Below, in pieces: positions 50,502-64,000 of a stretch of DNA of 64,000 bases; the first letter of the stretch is position 1; the number at the start of each line of letters is the position of its first letter. The notes beneath the pieces were generated by a model that did no database searches, was not told the origin of the DNA, and saw nothing but the letters and a program-made list of their open reading frames with translations. The position numbers and the translations under genes were made by a program. Source of the stretch: Lingula anatina (lineage: Eukaryota; Animalia; Brachiopoda). The stretch lies in assembly GCA_051362555.1 (NCBI GenBank), contig CM120641.1, positions 6,572,001 through 6,636,000 of the forward strand, written 5' to 3'.

Positions 50502-52154
50502 GCACAACAAACTTTGTAGACCTCTACTGAGAAAAAACGACCCAGCTGTCAAACTCTTGTTAGTTTGACTAGCAGACCGTTTCCTGGGCTTGCTTTCACC
50601 AGAAGGTTCCGACGAAAAGCATTAAATCTGTTGTTTCCAGAGTTACAAATAATTTTAAAATACTGATTGTAAGTAATGAGTAAACAGCTCCAAATGTTTG
50701 ACATAATGTGATGCAGTGTTTTGAATGGTTTATGAACAAAAAACAAAAAAACAAATTTCATAATGACCATCATATCTTTGCTGTTCTGCAGCGTCCTTTT
50801 AAAATTTACGGTGTTTTGCCTTATTGGTATACATAACACTCGACACAAAATTACATTTTTAACATTCCAAATAGCATTATATCACCACTCTTGGGAAATC
50901 TCTTTATTTTCTAAGACAGATTTATTACAACTAGTGATATTCTTCGCTTGAACAGCATTTAAAACTTGAACAACTTTTAATCGATATGCCCAACATGACG
51001 AAGAGACTAAGTACGGGTACCCTGGGCGTCAGCGTACCATTTTACCGTTCAGAATTGCTCACGATTAAAGTTACAATAATAGATTTTTCAGACAACAGCA
51101 AAAAAATAAAAAATAAATAAAATAAAATAAAATAAAAACTTATATCACCACAGTCGGGGAATGGAGCTCTAGGTGTTAGTCTCAACAGAAACGATGGAGC
51201 AACTCCCCCTTAACTCTAGGCCTATTTGCCGTTACTGCGAAAGGAATACAGAGGAAGGGGGTGGTGGACTAATAACACGCCTAAGTAGAGGCTACTGCAA
51301 CTCGTATTTGTCTAACCCATTATTGTAACTTTTAGAGCAGAATATGGCTGATGAAATTCTTTGATGTTGACATGGACAAAATTGCGATATTATATCCAAG
51401 GTGTTGATGACTAAATTAAGTTCACTGAAGCGCGGGATCGGTTCGGATGACACGTGACAAACGTGAATCGATCCTGATAATCAAGAAGGCGCATTGTGGC
51501 CTCTGTCTTTCTCCTTTCTCTATTATTTGTAAATGAAATGTTAGCACATACGGCCCTAGTTAAAACAAGAACATCCTTTAACAAGTTATCCATACAACTT
51601 CTTGCTTGTTATGGAATTGCCAAGAAGAGTTTTAATTTTTTTTCAAAAAAGTAGGTAGTATGGTAGGTCTAATCACAACGTATTGTAAGGTGAAACCAAT
51701 GAGGTCTACAAAGCTACGGATATCTCAATTCTGAATGAAAAGAGTCCCCGTTTCACGATAAAACTAAATAAAAACAGGGAATGCATTTCGTTTTCAAAAT
51801 TTTATAGTAACCTACAGTATAGCCGTCAAAGCACCAGTCAAACCTAGGGCCTGTTTATGAAGTCTTTTACAACCGGACGTAAAAAACTCTCATGATTTTC
51901 TTACCGTTCATATTAGCCTACTTGCAACTGGCCAAATAAATTTCGCTGTGAACAAATATTGCTTTTGAAATTACAAAAATATATATCAGTTACGGCTAAA
52001 TTGAAATAATCATAATACTATTTGTAATATTATCAGGGATACATCATTATATCTTGGAGTTCACATACATGTAGGTATACGTGAATTTAAGGAATGGTGA
52101 CGAAAATGTCATTTTAAAAACATTGATGTGGCCTCAACCCCAACTAGCCTATAG

Positions 52155-54658
<2,504 letters not shown>

Positions 54659-56166
54659 CTGCTTATTCAGGATTGAAATGGTCAGAAGCACATGCACAGT
54701 CTGAAGTCTTTGTTTTTCACTAGGAGTTGACATTTTATTTAACTTTGTTAGGTGCATGGCAAAAAAAGCCAAACTAAATTCTGAAGTTATTTCGTTATTT
54801 TATAAGCAGAAATTGCGCCTTTCAAAATTGAAGTATAATCTTTGCTATAAATCTTTTAATATTGCTGTTTTAAATTGTTATGCCAGTTTATTGTCTGATA
54901 AGTATTCAGGTATAATAAATTAGTGATGACAGAAATTATTAGAATTTCTTTCATGATAAACAGATGTTTAAACTTGTTAAAAGTACTCTTGTTAGAGGTG
55001 TGAAGGTAAGTGTGTTAATAAATGACTTGAGACAAACCTTTTCTTCCATTAGTTTGAAAATAAAGTGAACTTTCTGACTGTAAACCATTTAAAAACTTTA
55101 CATCATAAAATTTATAACTTCATTAGTTAAATGGAAAATTCATTTAAAACAAGGTTTTGAACCATGTGAACTTCTTTGGTGAAAGTTTGCATTCTTAAGA
55201 TGAATTAAAACATTTACCACAAAGCCCTATCAAATGTCCCAAATATAGTTTTAAATAGCATCACTTAAATATGTACCAAAGGGCAAGGTTTCATATATCC
55301 TGAAACTATTATAACAGATTTTCTGCTTACTGTGCAATATATAACCTTTTGGGCAACTGATTTGAATAATTGTATTTTGGCATGTGCAACGCCAACAGTA
55401 ATGCACCATACCATATCAGACTTTGACAGACAAATTGGAGGGATTTAAAAAAGGTCCAGAAATTTGAAGAAGGGACAGTTTTAAAACTTTGAGTAACTAA
55501 ATTGTGTTAGTGTCACTTGAGTGGTAAAATTAACTAGTGCGAGTGGTTTATAAGCGTTGTAGGGTATCCATGCCACTTCAATAAATTGCTCATTTCAATA
55601 AATACTTTTCATCCCAGAGGATTGATATGAGAAGACTAGTGCCAATTTGTCACATCTTAACATCCTATTACATGCCATAACAAGGGCATTTTGTGTTACA
55701 TTGTGGACAACACATCCAGGTGAGGAACATATCAACTGGAAGACCATACTTTAAAACCAATATTTATTTGACTTCAGCAGTTTCATTTTTTAATAAAATA
55801 CTTTTGTACAAGGCAGCTTTCAAATATTAAATATTATAATTTTAAAAGCAGACTTGGTATTGCATGCTAAGCAGTATTATTATATACATTCAATTTTAAC
55901 AATACAATTTTAACATTTATTGTATTACAATGCACTGTGAAATCATGATCTTAAAATAATAACATTAAATATCTTTGTTTCTTTGCTCATTATAGGTACA
56001 TAATGTTTTTAGTAGTCAAACACAGTGTAAATAAATACACAAAAAAAATTGTAAATGACAAAGAAAAATATTTTGCTATGTCCACAATGGAGATATTCAC
56101 TTGACAGTCACTATAGCTTCAAAGTAAATGCATCTTATTTGATTTAAACTAATAATGGCTTTAAGT

Positions 56167-56167
<1 letters not shown>

Positions 56168-56211
<44 letters not shown>
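56168..56211. repeat. (AAT)n microsatellite
   Basis: About 14 AAT units just 3' of the death-domain gene stop; a similar AAT tract lies at ~9421-9460. Confidence 0.95.
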
Positions 56212-56294
56212 TACTCATTAAGATCGTATCTATGAGCAAAAATCTCTCATCCTACGGTGAATTCCAAGAATTCAACAGACAGTTTTGCAAAGTT

Positions 56295-59200
56295 TTAGTG
56301 CAACTCCATGTGATTTTCAATGTAATCCTCAAGTTTAGCCAAGCAGTCCAGCCTCTGTATTTTCCTTAAATCCTGCTTAAGCTGCAGAACTGTATAGCCA
56401 TTAAATTCTAGAAGCTGCCACAACTGGGATGTGGGACTGGGAATACGAAAATTAGAACGAATATACTGAATCTGCCTATTCTTCACTTTGTGGATGCTCG
56501 CCAGATGGCGCCAGTCTTTAATGAGGGGCTTCTCTGGATCCAAGTACTGTTCTAACTCATGGAGTAAGTCCAATGGCAAATCAGCTACCTCCAGCTGGTC
56601 ATATTGTTCCACTTTTGACTTCTCACAAGAAGACATTTTCAACAATGAAGTGGAATCATCACTTGACAGATCCATGTTGTTATGTACTATGTTAGTCTTG
56701 GTGGTAAATGTGCCACTGTTTAAGTTGGATAACTGGCTTTGGCTTCCTACATAAAAATCTTTTTCAGGAATAACATCTGAAAGCAAAGTTGATTAAACTG
56801 ACAGGTTTTCATATACACTGATAATAATGGCAACTCCATTTACAATTTGTTTAAATTTAGTTTTCTATATTTTTAAAGTAAAATCAACACTACTGGGAAC
56901 ATATGTTATTGGTACTGACATATAAAAATATCTTCTGAATATGATCCTAATTGTTTCTATTGTCAGAAGTGAAAATTAATCTTAGGAATAGCACATGAAT
57001 GAAAACTTACTCTGAGCACTATGGCATTGACAGGTAGAGGGCACTGGTGCAGCAGCCCCACCCTCTGCAGCCCATGACCCTAGTGGCTTTTAGGGAAAAA
57101 AGAAAACAATGAAGGAAACATCCCATGATAAGAAGAATAAAAAAGAATCGTATGAGTTTGCAATATTTACAGGTAAATATCATGGTACATGTATGTCTTA
57201 TCTAAATAAGCTGTATGCTGCCTGATTAAGATAACAGAACTGTAGGCAGCAAATCTAATCATTCTGATGTTTCACTTAAAGCAATGTAAATCCCGTCCCA
57301 CTTTGAGCTTATCTATATCAGATTGCCTGCTAAGATGGGTCAGACATGGTTAGATCAAGACAACTTGACAGGAAATTAAATTAAGACCTACCTCTCTCAC
57401 ACTGCCTCCATTTTCAGTATTTTGCTTCTTCATATCATCCTCAGCAGCTATAGATACAAGGTATTTATTAAAAAGATTGTACAAATTGAATGCGAGTAAA
57501 ATATAAACTGTTATTTTTATGTTATGCTATGATTTCCCCTTTATAATCACCTTGGAGATTTTCAGTTTGCAACAAAAAAATAAAATTTGTGTTTAATTTA
57601 TTACTTATTTAAAATGCTTCATTTGAATAACAATATCTTATATCAAAAAAATTTTATACCCAAACCAAAACATGAAAATAAGTTGTACCTGAAGTTAGGA
57701 GAGTTAAATTTTTGGTGTCCACTGACTTGCCTACAGCTTGCTGATCTCTATTTACATCATAACCACTTTCCTGTGATTTCTGCTGGCCAAATGACCATTT
57801 CTTTAGACTACCGGAGTCATCTGTCAAAAAAGAAATCCATCACAATCATTTTTCTATCAATCGATGTACCTCAACTGAGCTTTCCTTACCCTTGATAATA
57901 ATGATTCAATCATAACAGACCAATAACAACCATTACAACTCTCACAACTTACAATGTTTGTATTCATGTTCTCCACATTTTCTTCACACTGGTGTGACAT
58001 AATCAGAAAGTTCAATGTTACATATTTATCAATGTTGTGACAACCCTCACCATATACTAAATTACCTTTAGGGTCACTAAACATAGGTTCTCCAGCTCCT
58101 ATTGCTGAAACTCCACATGATTTTGAGCTTTCTTTCACTGGGTAAGCTTCAAGGTTTGAGGCTAAAAACAATTTTTTTTCACCAAATATTATACCAAAGT
58201 TAAAATTATTCATAAAAATGATCAAAATGAATTTCCCATTTCCAATTTATCCATTTTTTCCAAGGCAACACCACTTTTTATCATTAAGCCAAATATGACT
58301 GATTAATGAATTCACAGCGTTTCATAATGCTATTATTTTATTTTAAGTGTCTTACCTCCAACACCACTCTCCATTCTCCTCATTTGGTTGCTTAAGTTCT
58401 GAGCCACAGCTCTTGTAGTGGTATTCATACTGGGGATGCTATTTACAATGATGTAGCTGGCCCCTGGAGAAGGTGAAACATTCTTATTTGCAAGGCAAGA
58501 ATGTTGATCTGGACCTATGCTTGGGTATTTACTTGTCTGTTTCAAACTGTTTTCTCCAGTTCTGTTTTCACCATCTAACTCAAGCACAGAGTTATGAGCA
58601 AAATTTGACTGCCCCCGAACATCACTTTCTGTTGCCGGTACTCTAGCTTCTTGGGTGGATGCAATGTGTTTCACACTTGGCAGCTCATTATCAGAATGAA
58701 CCGAATCTTGCGTAGCCCCATAAGCCACCATTCTTTCCACCATGTGGATATCCACCTGTGGATTCTCAGTTCTTGGTTCAAGAAAACTAGACGGGATGGC
58801 CAGTGGTTGCTGTGGACAGATTTGCTGCCTTCCTTCAGTTTGGCTCAACTGAGAAAAACAGGGCTGTACTACAAACACATGTTTTTCAGCCGAGGCTGGA
58901 TCTCGTACAACCTCCATATTGGCCACAGACTCTGGGTGCACAATCTCCATTGTGCCTTCTTCACTACCTCTAATAACACACTGATGAGCCCCTCTTCCCT
59001 TAGAACAAGAGCATGCCTCTCTTCTTGAAATATGATAGTTTGGCAGAGACTGGCAACGGCTCCTTTCATTTTCAAGCACATGATGGAAATTTTCTTTTCC
59101 AGAATGGTTGCTTTGAAGCATAGTTTGTTGCATGAACGCCATTCCTTCTTCAGCACTCTCGTTAGCTGCCCCATACAGAGGAACATTAAATAGAGATCCT

Positions 59201-60408
59201 GACATAACAGCCTCTCTAGCACTAGTAATATTTTTAATACTTTGATTTACAGCATCATCTCTGGTGTTTGTCTTATCATGGCTACAAAATATATGGCTAT
59301 CAGGACCCTTCTGTCTGATTTGATTTACAGCATCATCTCTGGTGTTTGTCTTATCATGGCTACAAAATATATGGCTATCAGGACCCTTCTGTCTGCCTGT
59401 AATTCCCTCAGCACCACAAACTACCTGTTGTGTGTTTCTTACAGCTGTAGCATCTGTCTCTCTCTCTGGTTCAATGTTGCCAACTTCACATTCATTATTT
59501 TCACATGAAGATTGACCTCTGAGGGTAGACCTTTGATTTAGTGGTTCTACCTGGGAAGATGGCCGAGAGTGGCACAGTCTCCGGCTGCAGTGGCAGGATC
59601 TGCTTTCTGGTGCACTTAGGAACCTGACAACGACAGCATTATTTAAATCAATAAACAAATTGAAGTTGAAACTCCTACATACAAAAACATTTGTTATTTG
59701 AACAGCTTCAGCTTTAATGTCTCTCTATATTTAAGTTACAAAAGTATTTTTCTTGGATCAAGATTAAGATTAGATGTGCAATACAAACAGGGCTTCAGAA
59801 GTTTTATGTGCAAAAGAAGACAATGGAAAATGAGTTGCATTTCATTAACCTGTGTGTGTCCACAGTTTCATCATTTTCAGTGGGCTCCTGGAGTGACCTA
59901 AAGATACCTTCAGAAATCTTCGGATTATGATCTACAAAACAAAAGTAACAAGGGTGCTTTCTGTAGAGTTATATCAATAATCTGAATATATTACAATCTC
60001 ACATTTTTGGCCTACCGGTTAATGCGTCCATGTTCGGTCCACTTTATCATAATGTAACAACTATTTACCAACCAATAGCTCCTCGTTCCAAGAATACTAT
60101 ACCTATTTTTGAAAAATGAAGCATAAATGTACATACAAAAAATGAGCCACCGACCACGAGATTTTCTATGATTAATTCAAAACGTTGATGACGCCTGAAA
60201 ATCTGTTCCAATACAAGAAAACATCGTCATTCAAAGTGCAAGCGTCCGCAAATGCTTCTTTGAACAATGTCATAACATATATATATATGGCCTGGTTGTC
60301 CTGGCAAAATGGAGACTAAGACGCACAGTAAAACCAATTAAGCTTAGATGTATTTGCACGAGAAAAAATATATTTTTTTGGGGGATACTCACTCGAAATG
60401 GCAGCCAT
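56295..60408 (-). CDS. C-terminal death-domain adaptor protein (EDARADD/MyD88-class DD), 735 aa
   Basis: Exons 60408-60393, 59931-59850, 59623-58356, 58161-58066, 57820-57689, 57447-57392, 57086-57011, 56776-56295 (2208 nt, phases consistent). Long polar, low-structure N-terminus, then a DD: LHELEQYLDPEKPLIKDWRHLAS...PSPTSQLWQLL...TVLQLKQDLRKIQRLDCLAKL. No TIR, kinase or TM segment seen. Confidence 0.82.
59241..59395. repeat. In-frame 78-bp tandem duplication in the death-domain gene
   Basis: Identical 77-nt copies at 59241-59317 and 59319-59395 encode RQKGPDSHIFCSHDKTNTRDDAVNQ twice. Confidence 0.95.
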
Positions 60409-60442
60409 TATTTTTCTTCATGGTCTCAAATCGAGGTTGGTA

Positions 60443-60462
60443 GGGAAATCCCCATGACGTCA
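60443..60462. promoter_or_regulatory. Adjacent NF-kB site and full CRE upstream of the death-domain gene
   Basis: GGGAAATCCC (60443-60452) and TGACGTCA (60455-60462, inside palindrome CATGACGTCATG), 35-54 bp upstream of the ATG at 60408. Confidence 0.65.
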
Positions 60463-61432
60463 TGCATCGACTGGCGAAAACTTAAAACTTCATGTAGGTT
60501 CCAATTTTAGCAGATGGTTCTTTTTTCATCATTCCGTAATTCCGATTCTATAACGTTTTTTAAACAAAAACAATTGATTTTCCACATGACCAAAATTCAT
60601 TATTTAGGGACGTCCTAGTAGGCCTGAAAAATCTCATCGATTTTAAAGGTAATCTAAGACGTTTTCACGGTATTTCTCAATACGCTACCCTTCATTTATC
60701 TCACAGTTGCTGTTTTTCAGATCAAGTAGTCTTGTGGCAGTCTTTCCAACTTGGGTTGTACAGACACACATACCGAAATTTACATTTGAATTTTTATTAT
60801 TTTTTTTATTTCTTTGTTTTGCTAATGTTGATACACTGCTCTGCAGTGCATTTTTTAACAAATACATGTCACATCTATAGCATTTTCAAGTGGGTTGCTT
60901 AATAAAGTACAAAAAGACAGATTCAATAAAGATGATTGGATCACAGGACAAAAATCACGATTTTAATGACTGACAAGATATGAAATAAACAAAGTGAACA
61001 TTGCCCTGTTGTCATATGAAGCATTTTCAGGAATATGCAATTAGAGGTACATGATACCTGTGTCACCGTTTTTGATATAATTGTATTGAAGAATATATAG
61101 TCCTTGGTAACATTCATCAACATGAAAAATTCAGTTTTGATCCTTTCTATATGGCATTTCATCTTATAAAATAAAATGTGCATGTACATGCATTAACGTG
61201 AACTTAGCAGTTTCACCCATATATAAAGTATAAAAAATTCTTTTTTTCAACAACTTCAGAGATGGAAATTTCTTTGGTACAAGTGCATTATAGCACATAT
61301 GCATTATATGGAAAGTCATCAGGAGATAAATCTCAATAACCAGCTCTTGACCCTCTCGGTGACCCTTCAAATTCCGAGGAATTCCACCTGCCCTGCAAAG
61401 CACAACCAACAAAGAAGCATGATCTTGTAATA

Positions 61433-62027
61433 TCACCATTCAGCATCTCCTGTGGCTTTTTGAAATACATAGTCTTTGCCATTGAGATTCATAATGCCAT
61501 CTTTTAAATGGAATTTCCATCTGTTTTTGGCTCTGTTAATCTGAAAAAGGTAAAAATGGTCATCAATTTTAATAAATGGCAATAAGTAATACATATATCT
61601 ATCACTATCACTTTTTCACTATGACGTTTTACTGTAACTCATGTATTTCCACAATGTTGTGGGAACAACTGTCCTCATTACAATATCATTTCAATGTACA
61701 AATGTTATGCATCTTTATTTAAAGCAAGCCAACTAATGCTAACAAAAAAGTTTAGAAGCTCGTGTACTTAATAACTACCTGTAATAAACTGCACCTGCTG
61801 TGGAAAGACACAGGTGATGGCAACACATAGTCACTACTGTGTCTGTACATAAGAAGAGCATTTTATAACAACATGTTTAATATCTCAACAGCATGTTAGG
61901 CTCTATCACCCAAATAATAAATCTGAAACTTACTTTATCATACTGGCATACTACAACATTATCTGTTTCAAACAACTCTGTAGGGTCCTCTTCACTCACA
62001 TCATCACCGGAATTTAAAGGCTCCTGG

Positions 62028-62076
<49 letters not shown>

Positions 62077-63755
62077 GTATATATTAATCAAAATAAATTT
62101 AAAAAATGCCTCCTTTTTAATTAGATATTTCTATAAAATTTGAAATAGAGCTTTATAAATCCAAAAAGCAACCAAGGTACACTTAACAACTATGTAAGTG
62201 AGAATTAAATTTATCCTTTTTTTTTTTTTTTAAACAGAATGAAAACCTTACAGGTATAAAAAACATCATAAATTTCCTCAAAGTGAGTACTGCTTATACT
62301 GAAAATGATTTACACATTTCAGAAAAAGAAACAACTTATTTTACTTCAATCAATACAAACATATCAAAGTTAAATAAAAAAAGTACCTCTTCCTCTCCCT
62401 GATACTCATTCTCCTCATCTTCCTGGTCATCATCATCATCATCCTTATCATCATCATCATCTTCTTCAGAGCTGGTATCATTAGCACCATCCAGCTGTAG
62501 TAGTGGGGTTTGACTCTGTGAACAAATATACATACATGATCAAGTATTCTTCCTGTGCTGGGATGAGTATTATATACCTAAGATTTTTATGCAAAACACA
62601 TAAGAGGAAAATCAACTGCTTATATTATTATTATTATTCTAATATGTGAAGTCTTCTGTATGGTCAAATGTTGCAGAGGAGAAGATACTGTGGAACGGTC
62701 CTTTAATATTGAACCAGAAGTCACCTGTTGTCCTGATTGCACTGGTACTGTCTGTATATGTTGTGGATTTACTGTTGCAAACTGTGGCTGCGTTGTTAGA
62801 ACTGGCTGTCCTGTAGCTTGGGCCTGTGGCTGGGCAGCCTGCTGGATTGCTATGAACTGACCAGTACCTAAATATAAAGATACTCATTTCAGAAAAGATT
62901 TTAAAATAAATGAATAAATAAGAAAAACATCTAATGCAAAAATGTATATATTGGGCAATTTCTTACTGCTTGTTTTTAGATTTAAGAAAATGAAACATAT
63001 CAAAATGTCACTAAATTATTAGTGCCAAGGTTAAAATACCAAAACCAATAATGAGTTTTGCAGAGAGTTCAAATATAAACATAAACAAAACAAATGTTTA
63101 CATGCACTGACCAAAACTCTGTAAGAATTGCAAAGGTATATCTAAGCCTTCATCTTCAAACCTTTTTTTATTCATATTTCATGCTCTATTTTCTAATCAT
63201 TAAGTTACTGTGTGACAAAGCTCTCCAAAAATATAGCTTCCAGTCAGCATTATGGTGCACATGACAAACTTTTTTCTTACTTGTCTGTTGGAGCGTGATT
63301 CCCTGTGCTTGCAAGGCCTGCAGCTGCTGTTGATATAAAGGTACTGGTAATGCTATGGTGGCTGCTGCAGCTGCATTGCTCTGAAATAAGGATATAAAAA
63401 TAATAAATATTCTTATAATTCACAACTTAATGTCTGAGCCCATAAATTTACAACCCCTCCCCTAAAAAAATGTATCTTTTCACAAATTTACATCAGGTGA
63501 TACAATTTTATGTTGTTGAAAATTATTTATTAGTGAACTATATCAAAGTGCTATACAAAGACCTTAATTTGCCAATTACTTAAATTTCTTTTGTGATGTT
63601 TACATCTGAAATCATACTTGTAGAAGTTATACAACACTTCATCAAGTTATGAAATTATAAGCAAAAAATAAAGACTTTCAATCAACTTACAATGTCTAAT
63701 GTTCCTCCTAAATTTGTGAATAGTGGAATCTGTATGGTTGGTAAAGCTGTTGCAC
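61433..63755 (-). CDS. GTF2A1: Transcription initiation factor IIA subunit 1 (TFIIA alpha/beta), 3' exons; 5' end lies beyond the right edge
   Basis: Exons 63755-63691, 63380-63281, 62867-62725, 62515-62387, 62023-61934, 61540-61433. Q-rich middle; Taspase1-type site QLD|G; acidic run; EPLNSGDDVSEEDPTELFETDNVVVCQYDK-INRAKNRWKFHLKDGIMNLNGKDYVFQKATGDAEW*. Confidence 0.96.
62028..62071. repeat. 44-nt A homopolymer (polypyrimidine tract of a GTF2A1 acceptor on the - strand)
   Basis: A run directly adjacent to the acceptor AG at 62025-62024. Confidence 0.9.
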
Positions 63756-64000
63756 CTAAACACATATGAAAGATTCTTTGACACTTAATAAATAAAATAT
63801 GAATTTAAATAACAAGGATTAACTTTTGCTACAGAAAATATTTACATGTGGTTAGCATTTCAACGTTTGTAACCACATAAAAAATTTTTTTACATCAACA
63901 CAAGAACAAATGTAAGACTGGAAATAGGAACAATCTCCATAACAGTGCAGTGCAACAGTAACCCCAGTGGTAAACAACATTGGTCTGAAACAATCTTATT

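Noticed and set aside
56295-60408. Calling the death-domain gene IMD, MyD88 or RIPK1
   Set aside because: No TIR or kinase domain and no convincing RHIM/cRHIM (I/V-Q-I/V-G) core found; gene symbol left blank.

Overview
AT-rich, intron-containing animal DNA; the gene set and sequences suggest a lophotrochozoan, possibly a mollusc (inference). I assembled eight protein-coding genes by hand from GT-AG splice sites, with reading-frame phases checked. (1) KIAA0586/TALPID3 (-), running off the left edge. (2) An IRF2BP gene with an uninterrupted CDS, nested on the same strand in the ~18.6-kb intron of KIAA0586. (3) TIMM9 (+), head-to-head with KIAA0586 and absent from the ORF track. (4) A Rab32/38/29-family GTPase (-) with His in place of the switch-II Gln. 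(5) A type-I membrane IgGFc-binding (FCGBP N-terminal) domain protein (-). (6) A somewhat divergent actin (+). (7) A 735-aa C-terminal death-domain protein (-) resembling EDARADD, with a kB site and a CRE just upstream. (8) The 3' part of GTF2A1 (TFIIA large subunit, -), running off the right edge. Non-coding features include a MITE family (four copies, one a near-perfect foldback), a second TIR element, local duplications and microsatellites. I found no rRNA, tRNA or CRISPR array. Family assignments come from recalled motifs, not database searches.
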